From Malacoraja senta (taxonomy: Eukaryota), in assembly GCA_038087875.1 (NCBI GenBank), contig JAXLNO010000226.1, positions 62,001 through 126,000 on the forward strand: a DNA stretch of 64,000 nt. The letters are read 5' to 3'. The notes under the pieces were generated by a model. It did no database searches and was not told the DNA's origin. It was given only the letters and a program-made list of their open reading frames with translations. This document shows positions 50,389-62,847 of the stretch, piece after piece. Position numbers and translations under genes: made by a program. The stretch's first letter is position 1. Each line of letters starts with the position of its first letter.

Positions 50389-53116
50389 CTGAAAAGGGTC
50401 AATAAGAAAGATCTTATAGAAACATATCAAATTCTTGAGGGATTGGACAGGCAAGATGCAGGAAAAATGTTCCTCATGTTGGGGGAGTCCAGAACCAGGG
50501 GTCACACAGTTTATGAATAACGGGTAGGCCATTTAGACAATATAGACAATAGATGCAGGAAAAGGCCATTCGGCCCTTCGAGCCAGCACCGCCATTCACA
50601 GCCACCACATGGCTGATCGACCACAATCAGTACCCCGTTCCTGCCTTTTCCCCATATCCCTTCTCCCCATATCCCATATCTTTAAGAGCTCTATCTAACT
50701 GGGATGTGAAAATTTATCTAAGATCTAACTTAGGACTGAAATGAGGAAAAACTTTTTCACCCAGAGTTGTGAATCTGTGGAATTCTCTGCCACAGAAGGC
50801 AGTGGAGCCCAATTCACTGGATGCTTTCAAGATAGTTAGATTTAGCTATTAGGGCTAACGGAATCAAGGGATATGGGGAGAAGGCAGGAACGGGGCATTG
50901 ATTTTGGATGATAAGCCATGATCACATTGAATGATGGTGCTGGCTCGAAGAGCCGAATGGCCGACTCCGGAACCTATTTTCTATGTTTCTGTGTCAAAAT
51001 AAGCAGAAGATGAGCTAGTTTTGGAATGTAATCGCTATGGTAATGAATTTTGTATCGTGCAAATTCCCTAGAACAGCCATGTGACATGGTTTATCTTTCA
51101 GATGTGGATTGAGGGCAATAGATAATAGACAATATATGCAGTAGGCCATTCGGCCCTTCGAGTCAGCACTGCCCGTGACACTTATAAATGGGTGTCAGGG
51201 GTTATGGGGAGAAGGCAGGAGAATGAGGTTAGGAGGGAGAGATAGATCAGCCATGATTGAATGGCAGTAGACTCGATGGGCCAAATGGCCTAATTCTGCT
51301 CCTATCATGTCCCTTAAACTTAAACCTAAAGATCTTTCAAAGTTATTGTACATCCTAGCTGCAGAATAAAATGATCAATGCTCTTTCATAAGTGATAGGA
51401 CTTTAAGACTTTAGACACTTTAAGAGCCCTATCTAGCTCTCTCTTGAAAGTATCCAGAGAACCGGCCTCCACCGCCCTCTGAGGCAGAGAATTCCACAGA
51501 CTCACAACTCTCTATGTGAAAAAGTATTAAAATGCAGAATATCCACAGTATTGAAGATTTCATAAAATAGCCACACGTGACAATAAACTGAATGAAACTA
51601 AAAAAAAAAGCTGACGAAGGGTTCGGCCCGAAACGTCGCCTCTTTCCTTCGCTCTATAGATGCTGCCGCACCCGCTGAGTTTCTCCAGCAATTTTGTCTA
51701 CCTTTAACTTTTTGCAAAGTGTTTCCACTAGTGGGAGAGTCTAGGACCAGAGGTCACAGTCTCTGAATTAAAGGACGTTCCTTTAGGAAGGAGATGAGGA
51801 GGAATCTCTTTAGCCAGAAGATGGTGAACCTGTCGAATTCTTTGCAACAGAAGGCTGTGGAGGCCAAGTCAATGGATATATTTTAAAGCAGAGTTGGATA
51901 GATTCTTGATTAGTATGGGTGTCAGGGGTTATGGGAAGAAGGCAGGAGAATGGGGTTAGAAGGGAGAGATGGATCAGCCATGATTGAATGGCAGAGTAGA
52001 CCTGATGGGACAAATGGCCTAGTTTTGCTCCTATCACTTATGAAAGAGCATTGATCATTTTATTCTGCAGCTAGGATGTACAATAACTTTGAAAGATCTT
52101 TAGGTTTAAGTTTAAGGATCATGATAGGAGCAGAATTAGGCCATTCGGCCCATCGAGTCTACTCTGCCATTCAATCATGGCTGATCTATCTCTCCCTCCT
52201 AACCTCATTCTCCTGCCTTCTCCCCATAACCCCTGACACCCATTTATAAGTGTCACGGGATGGGTGATTGCAACCTTCACGTGGTCCACGTTGCAACAAA
52301 TGCAATCAACCTGGCGTGCACAAACGGAAGATCAAACAGAACAAAGGTAGACAAAAATGCTGGAGAAACTCAGCGGGTGAGGCAGCATCTATGGAGCGAA
52401 GGAATAGGTGACGCTTCGGGTCAGTCTGATGAAGGGTCTCGACCCGAAACGTCACCTATTCCTTTGCTCCATAGAAGCTGCCTCACCCGCTGAGTTTCTC
52501 CAGCATTTTTGTCTATCATTAATAGTGTTTGTTCTTTTCATATTGTTTCATTATTGCATGAATGCATTCAGCTTCTAATGTGACAGATTTGTATTAGTTT
52601 AGAGATACGGCGTGGAAGCAGTCCCTTCAGCCCACCAAATGCTGGACGAACTCAGAGGGTGAGACAACATCTATGGAGAGGAGGAATAGGCGACGTTTCG
52701 GGTCGAGACCCTTCTTCAGACTGATGTCGAGGGGGTGGAGGGGTGGGAAAAAGAAAGGGAAGAAGCGGAGACAGTGGGCTATGTAGGCGGTGGAGGCCGG
52801 TTCTCTGGATACTTTCAAGAGAGAGCTAGATAGGGCTCTTAAAGATAGCGGAGTCAGGGGGTATCGGGAGAAGGCAGGAACGGGGTACTGATTGGGGATG
52901 ATCAGCCATGATCACATTGAATGGCGGTGCTGGCTCGAAGGGCCGAATGGCCTACTCCTGCACCTATTGTCTATTGTCTATTGTCTATGTGGGATAGCTG
53001 GGAAGGGGGGTGGAAACCAAGGACTACCTGAAATTGGAGAAGTCAATGTTGATACCGCTGGGAAGTACAAAAGAAGCAGACACACAAGCTGTGTGAATCT
53101 TTGCCGATGTCCTCAC

Positions 53117-53222
53117 CTGGAGTGGTATTGCCGCAGGATGATGGTGATGGCGTAGGAGACCACACGTTTACGGTTGTGTAAGCTGACTCCACTGTGCTTC
53201 CCCGGCACTCCAAACAGCAAGT
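53117..53222 (-). CDS. SCAP: SCAP coding exon 6 equivalent (106 bp)
   Basis: (D)LLFGVPGKHSGVSLHNRKRVVSYAITIILRQYHS(R); acceptor gtgcag, donor gtgag; phase 1 to 2. Confidence 0.96.
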
Positions 53223-53484
53223 CTGCACGCAAAGTAATCACAACTTTTATTAGTTTGGTGAAGCAGTGTGTGACCATGCCCACCGAGTCCACCACCACCG
53301 GGGTGGGAGATTGCAACCTTCACGTGGTCCGCTCTGTTTCGACGAATGCAATCAACCTGCCGTGCACAATCAAATAAGATCAAATAGAACAAGTTGTCCT
53401 ACAACTTTAGGCTGTGCACGCCATAAGCAGGGAGAAGAAGAAGTCCACCACCACCCACACTAGTTCCGTGTTATACTGCACTTC

Positions 53485-54450
53485 TCCTAAACTTCTACAG
53501 GTGCACAATAGAGTGTATATTGACTGGTTGCATCGTGGCCTGGTTCGGTAACTTGAACATCCAGGAGCGGAAAAGGCTGCAAAAAGTTGTGACCACTGCC
53601 CAGTCCATCACCGGCTCTGACCTCCCCACCATCGAAGGGATCTATCGGAGTCACTGCCTCAAAAAGGCTGCCAAAATCATGAGAGACCCACAACATCCTG
53701 GCCACACACTTATCTCACCACTGCCATCAGGAAGAAGGTACAGGAGCCTGAAAACTGTAACGTCCAGGCTCAGGAACAGCTTCTTCCCAACAGCCATCAG
53801 GCTATTAAACACTACAACCTCAAATAAGCTCTGAACTACAATAGACTATTATTATTATTGTTGCACTGTTTTGTTTGTATTTTGAATATGTGTGTGTGTG
53901 TATATATATATATATATGTGTATGTTGTGAGTATGTGTATATATACACACTGACCTTTTCTTTTCTCTCATAGGTAGACAAAAATGCTGGAGAAACTCAG
54001 CGGGTGAGGCAGCATCTATGGAGCGAAGGAATAGGTGACGTTTCGGGTCAAGACCCTTCTTCAGACTGATGTGAAGGGGGGGGCGGGAAGGAGAAAGGAA
54101 GAGGCGGAGACAGTGGGCTGTGGGAGAGCTGGGAATGGGAGGGGAAAGAAGGAGAAAGCAAGGACTACCTGAAATTGGAGACGTCATTGTTCATACCGCT
54201 GGGGTGTAAACTACCCAAGCGAAATATGAGGTGCTGCTCCTCCAATTTGCGGTGGGACTCACTCTGGTCTTTGGAGAGAGGAGGAGAACTTCTTCAAAGT
54301 AGGCATACCTTGAGGAGATTTTCTCTCTCTCTCCCTCTTTCTTTTCACTCTCTCTGTCATATCATACTATGTTTGCATATTCTATTGTGCTGTGGCAAGT
54401 AAGAATGTCATTGTTCTACCTGGGACACATTAAAATAAAACACTCTTGAC
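53485..54450 (+). mobile_element. Rex1/Babar-like LINE 3' fragment interrupted by a reversed PLE fragment (about 53972-54268)
   Basis: ORF 53520-53834 is the same family as 8270-8548. Confidence 0.78.
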
Positions 54451-54670
54451 TCCCTGCGTAACCGGGAGTGAGCTGGAGAATGAATGAAGGAATGAATACT
54501 TTATTGTCACATGTGACAAGTCACAGTGATATTTTTAAGTTTATCATATCCAAGGTATTTAAGGCGTCACCACATAAAGGGCGCGGACAAATGACAAAGT
54601 CCGTCTTTGTTCTTTAGTCAGGGCGTAGTCAATCTGTGGAACACATTGCCTCCGCAGAGGGCTGTGGAAG

Positions 54671-55225
54671 CGTACAGTTTTGGTCTCCAAATCTGAGGAA
54701 GGACATTATAGCCATAGAGGGAGTGCAGAGAAGGTTCACCAGACTGATTCCTGGGATGTCAGGACTTTCATATGAAGAAAGACTGGATAGACTTGGCTTA
54801 TACTCGCTAGAATTTAGGAGATTGAGAGGGGATCTTATAGAAACGTACAAAATTCTTATGGGGTTGGACAGGCTAGATGCAGGAAGATTGTTCCCGATGT
54901 TGGGGAAGTCCAGGACAAGGGGTCACAGTTTAAGGATAAGGGGGAAATCCTTTAAGACCGAGATGAGAAAAAACGTTTTCACACAGAGAGTGGTGAATCT
55001 CTGGAACTCTCTGCCACAGAGGGTAGTTGAGGCCAGTTCATTGGCTATATTTAAGAGGGAGTTAGATGTGGCCCTTGTGGCTAAAGGGATCAGGGGGTAT
55101 GGAGAGAACGCAGGTACGGGATACTGAGTTGAATGATCAGCCATGATCATATTGAATGGCGGTGCAGGCTCGAAGGGCCGAATGGCCTACTCCTGCACCT
55201 ATTTTCTATGTTTCTATGTTTCTAT
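54671..55225 (+). mobile_element. CR1-clade LINE 3' fragment
   Basis: ORF 54636-55127; (TTTCTATG)n tail. Confidence 0.88.
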
Positions 55226-56485
55226 GTCTTTAAGGCAGAGATAAAGCCCTGTCCCACGGTACGAGTTCATTCCAAGAGCTCTCCCGAGTTTTAAAAAACC
55301 CAAACTCGTGGTAAGCACGGAGAATGAACGTAGCGGGTACGTCGGAGCTCGGAGACGTCTCTTAGCGGCTCGCACCGCTAACGGCAGGTACTCGGGAAGA
55401 CTCACTAACGGCAGGTAAGCACGGGAAGACTCGTGAAGATTTTTCAACACGTTGAAAAATGTCCACGAGAGCCCTGAGTACCGACGAGCGGCCATTACCG
55501 TAAATCTCCGAGTTCGAATCAGGGCAAACTCGGGAGAGCTCTTGGAATGAACTCGTACCGTGGGACATGGCTTGTAGACAAATTCTTGATTAGAATAGGT
55601 GTCAGGGGTTATGGGAAGGCAGGAAAATGGGAGTAGGAGGGAGAGATCAGCCATGATTGAATGGCGGAATGGACTCGATGGGCAGAATGGCACAATTCTA
55701 CTCCAATACCTTGTAAACTTGTGACTTCAGGCATTTTGCACTAGTATTGATTTTGTTTGTTTATGATGTTATGAGTATTGTGTTTGCAGGTCTGCTCTGC
55801 AGCCGCAAGTAAGAATGTAATCATTCACGTTACGGGAACATATGACAATAGACAATAGGTGCAGAAGTAGGCCATTCAGCCCTTCGAGCCAGCACCGCCA
55901 TTCAATGTGATCATGGATGATCATCCCCAATCAGTACCCCGTTCCTGCCTTCTCTCCATATCCCCTGACTCTGCTATCTTTAAGAGCCCTATCTAGCTCT
56001 CTCTTGAAAGTATCCAGAGAACCGGCCTCCACCGCCCTCTGAGGCAGAGAATTCCACAGACTCACAACTCTCTGTGTGAAAAAGTGTTTCCTCATCTCCG
56101 TTCTAAATGGCTTACTCCTTATTCTTAAACTGTGGCCCCTGGTTCTGGACTCCCCCAACATCGGGAACATGTTTCCTGCCTCTAGCGTGTCCAAACCCTT
56201 AATAATTTTATATGTTTCAACAAGATGCCTTCTCATCCTTCTAAATTCCAAAGTATACAAGCCCAGCCGCTCCATTCTCTCAGATTATGACAGTGCCGCC
56301 ATCCCAGGAATTAACCTTGTGAACCTACGCTGCACTCCCTCAATAGCAAGAATGTCCTTCCTCAAATTAGGGGACCAAAACTGCACACTTGTGGACAATT
56401 AAACACTCTTGGCTCTTGACGTAGGGACAAGCTAGATAACTGGCAGTTTGAAAGCGTAGGTTATATTCTCAAGGATCCAAGCTAC

Positions 56486-56706
56486 CTTTGAGGGAAGCAG
56501 ATGTCTGCAGAGTCTTCGGTTCATGTTGGTGAATGGTGCCGATGATGTCTGGATCAGAATCAAAGTGATCGCGGCTGTTCTTCCAAAAGTTGGCGGGAGA
56601 GATAAGGAGGCAGCCATGTTCAGGGAGTACACCCCGTAACTTCTTTAACCCAGGAAGTAGATCGGTGACCTGGAGGCAGATGTGTTCGAGGCTTTTCGTG
56701 CCAGCG
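56486..56706 (-). CDS. SCAP: SCAP coding exon, human exon 5 equivalent (221 bp), luminal loop 1
   Basis: Translates [41 protein letters not shown]...[23 protein letters not shown], matching vertebrate SCAP loop 1; acceptor ttacag, donor gtagc. Confidence 0.97.
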
Positions 56707-57765
56707 CTGTAAATGAGGGAACGATACAAGTTACTGGCAGCTCCCAACAACTTTTATTTGCATACAAGAAGGGCATGGTTTGGTGTTAGTTCTGTGCACA
56801 CGGTGATTCATCATGGCACTAGTGGGAATGTCATGCTTACATAGAACATAGAGTGGAACAAGTCCTTCCACCCAAAATATCCATGTCGAACATGATGCCG
56901 ACTCGTATCTGCCTGCACATAATGCATATCCCTCCATATCCATGTGCCTGTCTAAAAGCCTCTTAAACACCACTATCATATCTGCTTCCACCACCACCCC
57001 TGGCAGCGCGTTCCAGGCACCCACCAACCTCTGTGTAAAAAAAAACCTGGTCCACACATCTCCTTTTGTAACATAGAAACATAGAAAATAGGTGCAGGAG
57101 TAGGCCATTCGGCCCTTCGAGCCTGCACCGCCATTCAATATGATCATGGCTGATCATCCAACTCAGTATCCCGTACCTGCCTTATCTCCATACCCCCTGA
57201 TCCCTTTAGCCACAAGGGCCACATCTAACTCCCTCTTAAATATAGCCAATGAACTGGCCTCAACTACCTTCTGTGGCAGAGAGTTCCAGAGATTCACCAC
57301 TCTCTGTGTGAAAAAAGTTATTCTCATCTCGGTCCTAAAGGATTTCCCCTCTATGCTTAAGCTGTGACCCCTTGTCCTGGACTTCCCCTACATCGGGAAC
57401 AATCTTCCTGCATCTAACCTGTCCAACCCCTTAAGAATTTTGTAAGTTTCTATAAGATCCCCCCTCAATCTTCTAAATTCTAGCGAGTACAAGCCGAGCC
57501 TATCCAGTCTTTCTTCATATGAAAGTCACACATTTCTTCATATGAAAGTAACACATTCTTAACTGTCACTGTATGTCATGTTGTTACTTGTGGGCGGAGC
57601 ACCAAGGCAAATTCCTTGTATGTGAATACTTGGCCAATAAACTTACTTACTTACTCACTGTAAACTCTGCCCCTCTCCCCTAAAAGCTATGCCTGTTAGT
57701 TTTTGATTTTTATACACGCTAGTTACACCTGACCACGTTTTGACTCGTATCTCGCTAAACATTTA

Positions 57766-58008
57766 AGGGCCTGTCCCACTTGCCGATTTTTTCGGCGACT
57801 GCCGGCATCATTGACTGACGTATCAGGTCACCGAAAAAGTCGCGGCGTGATGCAGCGTGATGACGTATTGTTGCGCGGTGTTTCCTCAAGCGCCGCAACA
57901 TATTTTTTGTCGCCGCTGTATTTTGAAATGTTCAAAATCTTTCGGCGATACCTGATACGTCAGTCAATGACGCCGGCAGCCCCCCAAAAAATCGCCAAGT
58001 GGGACAGG
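57766..58008. mobile_element. Harbinger-like MITE; relatives at about 3748-4005, 15097-15302, 36153-36500 and 47253-47435
   Basis: TTA|AGGGCCTGTCCCACTTGCCGATTTTT ... AAAAATCGCCAAGTGGGACAGG. Confidence 0.7.
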
Positions 58009-59273
58009 TGTAACTAGCATATATAAAAATCAAATACTAAAGGGCATAGCTTTTAGAGGAGAGGGGCAAAGTTTAAAGGAGATGTGTGGACCAAATTTAC
58101 TATCCATGCACCTGTCCAGGTGTCTTGTAAATGTTGCTATAGTACCTGCCTCAACTACCTCCTCTGGCAGCTCGTTCCATACACCCACCACACTCGCGTT
58201 GTGAGTGAAAAAATTGCCCCTCAGGTTCCTATAAAATCTTTCTCCCCCTCACCTTAAACCCATGTCATCTTATTCTTGATTCCCCAACTCTGGGCAAAAA
58301 AAAACTCTGTACATTCACTTAAACTTCTTAGCATTTGTACTCTTTGCCTCTGTGTGTTCTTTCAACGTGTAAAATTATCCCACCAGTCTCACTGATTTGC
58401 ATCAAATGAGGCAACTTAGCATGAATATGCTCTTCTCATTCCTCCTGACAGGGGGCAGCACCTCACACTACAGCGATGAATCTCATTTAGTTTTAGAGAT
58501 GCAGCACGGAAACAGGCCCTTCGGCCCAACGATTCCGCACCGACAAGCAATCCCCCCACACTAACACTATCCTACACACACTAGGGACAATTTACAATTT
58601 TACCAAAGCCTATTAGCCTATGAACCTGTAAGTTTTAGGAGCGTGGGAGGAAACCGGAGCACTCGGAGAAAACCCACGCAGTCAGAGAGAGAACGTGGGC
58701 TTTCTCCGACAGTGTGGGTTTTCTCTGAGATCTTCGGTTTCCTCCCACACTCCAAAGTCGTACAGGTTGGTAGGTTAATTGGCTTGGTATAAATGTAAAT
58801 TGTCCAAGTGTGTGTAGGATAGTGTGAGTGTGCGGGGATCCCTGGTCGGTGCGGACTCGGTGGGCCGAAAAGGCCTGTTTTAGCGCTGTATCTCTAAAAG
58901 AAACAAAACTAAATGTACAAACTCTGTACAGGCAGCACCCGTAGTCAGGATTGAACCCGGGCGGGTCTCTGGCGTTGTAAGGCAGCAGCTCTACCGCTGC
59001 GCCACCATGCCCGACCTTCTTTAAGTACAGAGATACTGGGTATTCGATCCTCAGCCTGATCCGCTGAGCTCCAAAAACTGCGCATCTTTTAAGCTGGCAA
59101 GGGTTGGGGACTGATCCTGCATGAATACGAGGCGAGGCGTACAAACGCAGGGTTGCTTTGTTGAATCTTTACTACCTAGTCTTTAGGCAGCAGCTGAATA
59201 TTGCATTCAATTCTCGACAGCCTAGCTTTTGGAAGGATGCAGAATAACTTTGAGATTTCAGCTACAGGTTTAG

Positions 59274-60310
59274 TAGGTATGTTACAATACTTACCTTCAG
59301 CGGCGCTGCAGTTCTGCCACTGGCCGTGTGCGCGACTTTGGCGCCTTTGAGGGGGGGGGGGGAGAGGCGGGATTAAAATGCCGTTTTCTCCTGCCTGTCC
59401 GAGATATATTTTCTCGGCCTGCCAGCTGCTACAGAATAATTGTTTCCGACTTTCTTTTTCGGAGGTTTAAAAAAAAAATCGCGGGACAATTTAATCGCTG
59501 GAGTAAAATTAAAAAACGACTTCTAACGCCTTCAACGGGACTGATCTCACGTAGGGGACCAAAACATAATGTAACTCGTGTATTTTACATATAAACTTGC
59601 TTCTTAGGATTACTTTAATCAACATTTCCTTGGCGAAAATGTGATTAAGGCCCCATACGAACCGGCAGTGTTTTTCCTGCCGATATGGGGTTTAAATTCA
59701 CTGCAACCGCAACGTTCCAATCGATCGCGTTCCACAAAAACCCACCCGCAAGATGATTAAAATGGCCATTAATTTACGGGAATTAAACATTAAATTCCTT
59801 CCATTTGGCCTATAAATTCATGACAATGAGATTTAAAAATCATGTTATATTGTGAATTGTTGTGAGAATGTTATTTGGACACTTAGGCTATTTACAAATG
59901 TTAACCTTTTCTTAAGAAATGGATAGATCGAGTAATAGAATTTTGTAATTTGCTACAATTAGGTAACTAACTAATTATATGCTTTAATTTCAGGTCATCC
60001 AAGTAAGATTGTTTCATATTTGTTTCAGAGTGCTTCAATCTATAATAACTGAAAATTTCTTTCAGTTCTCTTAATTTTTAAGAAAGTTATGGGCTTTTGA
60101 CTGTCCTCGATCACAGCTTTTGTGTTAAGTCAATGGAAAAGCAATAGGGAACAAGATGCTAATTTCCGAGTATGAAAATGGCCATAACTTTTTTTAATAT
60201 TGAAGATATGAAAGTGAATTAGGTGTCAAATTAAACTTCTTTTTATGCTTTATCTGATGGGATAAATTGGAGACTTGATTTTTAAAATCTCAAAATGTTG
60301 TAACATTGCT
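59274..60310. mobile_element. Non-autonomous hAT-like element, about 1 kb
   Basis: 8-bp direct repeat AGGTTTAG at 59266-59273 and 60311-60318; imperfect TIR TAGGTATGTTACAA versus TTGTAACATTGCT. Confidence 0.7.
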
Positions 60311-62847
60311 AGGTTTAGGCCGGAGAATCTGCAGTTGTAACTCCTTGGAGCTAGACACAGAGAAAGGGAATTTGATAGCGATTAAGATAATCACGATGGT
60401 GTCAGGTTGTGTAATTTGAGTAGAAGCTGTTCCCATGGGCAGGTGTGTGAAAGAACCGCAGGTCATAAACTTGAAGTAAAATGGAAGATATGCAGGGCAA
60501 TAATAATTTTTACGTGGTTACAGTTTAGTTTGTCACACACAGCACACAAACATTTTGTTGCGTGCTATCCACTCAGTGGAAAGACAATACATGATTACAA
60601 TCCAGCCATTTACAGTGTGTCTAGTAGATACGTTTTATTATTAATATTATTATTATCATCGTTGCAAACATTAGCGAGGCAATGGTGCTGGTTTCCGACG
60701 GGCATGGTGACGGGACGCCCCACACATAGAAACATTGAAAATAAGTGCAGGAGTAGGCCATTCGGCCCTTCGAGCCTGCACCGTCATTCAATGTGATCAT
60801 GGCTGATCATCCAACTCAGTATTCTGTACCTGCCTTCTCTCCATACCCCCTGATCCCTTTAGCCACAAGGGCCACATCTAACTCCCTCTTAAATATAGCC
60901 AATGAACTGGCCTCAACTACTTTCTGTGGCAGAGAATCCCACAGATTCACCACTCTCTGTGTGAAAAAAAATGTTTTTCTCATCTGGTCCTAAAAGACTT
61001 CCCCCTTATCATTAAACTGTGACCCCTTGTTCTGGACTTCCCCAACATCGGGAACAATCTTCCTGCATCTAGCCTGTCCAACCCCTTAAGAATTTTGTAA
61101 GTTTCTATAAGATCCCCCCTCAATCTTCTAAATTCTAGTGAGTACAAGCCGAGTCGAGTCTCCATCCTCCGTGCAGCCGGCAAGCTCCTCTTTTGTCTCT
61201 ACACACGCGTCTTCCATCAAGTCTTCAGCATCGTCTTGACTGGCCGTCCCGGGTCACGTGTTCCATGGGTGGCGGTGGCAGTGACTAGCGAGCCTCGTCC
61301 TTCTCCACCCGGGGATCACCGGAGAAGAGCCCCGACCGCCGGCCTGCCTGCCTTCCTGCGGCCTATAACATCCTGAAGCCGTGGTCTCCGGTAGGAAGCG
61401 GCCGAGTCGGGACCTCCAAGCCGCGGAGTTCGTTTGTCCGTCCCGACGTCGGACTTTGGATCATCACGACGAGTGGGCCTGTACCTCCGACCGTCTGTAG
61501 CGGCGATTACAGAGGGTTCAGGGTCCCGACCACGGGTGAACAAAGGAGGAGGACTGGCTGAACTTTGTTGCCTTCCACCACAGTGAAGAACGCTGTGGTG
61601 GATGTTTGTGTTAAATCTTATTGTGTATTGTGTGTTCTTTTTCAGTGTATCGCTGCTGGCAAATTCACTTCACTGCACCTTCGGGTGTATGTGACGAATA
61701 AAATTCACTTTGACTTTGACTGATCTTCTCGGTCAGAGGTGGAATCTCCCCACAGAGCGTTGGTGATGTGGTCCCTCCAACTGGCATGTTAATACAATAC
61801 ATGATAAAGGGAATACATAAGGGGATAAGCGGAGAATGGTAATTTGGAACTTAACATCAGGAAGGCAAGTGTCTGTAGGGTTAATTAAGTTTTATTTTAA
61901 AGGGACTTGATTAGGCCCTAAGAGTAATATAAATTATAGGGCGACATGAAAAGAGGAGGGGGGAGGTCGTGAAAGTCTGAAGAAGGGTGTCGACCCGAAA
62001 GTTCACCCCTTCCTTCTCTCCAGAGATGCTGCCTGTCCCGCTGAGTCACTCCAGCATTTTGTGTCTTAACAGGTTGTTCTACAGGGAACTGCCGGACGCG
62101 CTGGATGGAACGCTGTCTTTCTGTTGTGCAATGTTCCAGGATATTAATTGCTTCTGCTTTTTATAGCTGATGCTTCATGCACTACCTTTCCCGGGGAAAA
62201 TGAACGTCTCACAAAGTCAACAAATCTAATGTGGATCATACCCAAAGCCATGTTTACCTTGGATAGAGTGGATGTGGAGAGGATGTTTCCACTTGTGGGA
62301 GTCTAGGACCAGAGGGCACACAGCCTTAGAATAAACGGACGTTCCTTTATAATGGAGACCGGGGTGGCAGCAACAATGGCTACCTCGCCAACTGTCTGTC
62401 TGTCCCTTCCTTCATTGTTGCTTTAATGTGTTAAATGCATGTTTTAGTGTTCTTTTGTTTAAGAAGGAACTGCAGATGCTGGAAAAATCAAAGGTAGATA
62501 AGAATGGTGGAGAAACTCAGCGGGTGAGGCAGCATCGATGGAGCGAAGGAATGGGTGACGTATCTGGTTTATTATTATTTTCATTGTTGAAAACATTAGC
62601 GACGCAGCTGGTGCGGGTTTAGTGTTCTGTAGCTTGTTTCATGTGGGGGGTGGGGTGGTGGGGGGTTGGGGGAAACTTTTTAAAAATCTCTTACCTCGAC
62701 AGAGATGTGATTTTTTCCCCCGTATCGTATCTACGTCCGCGCTGCGGCCTAACATGGAGGAGTTGGCGGCCTCTGCTGGAGACCGACTTTGGGAGCTCCA
62801 ACCGCAGGAGCCTGCGGGACACTTTAACATGGAGTACAGACTTTAAT

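Noticed and set aside
52261..53443. Similarity between 52261-52345 and 53300-53395 as another local duplication
   Set aside because: Diverged, same orientation, and the longer copy ends in a (GAA)n tail typical of a retroelement 3' end; more likely a dispersed repeat
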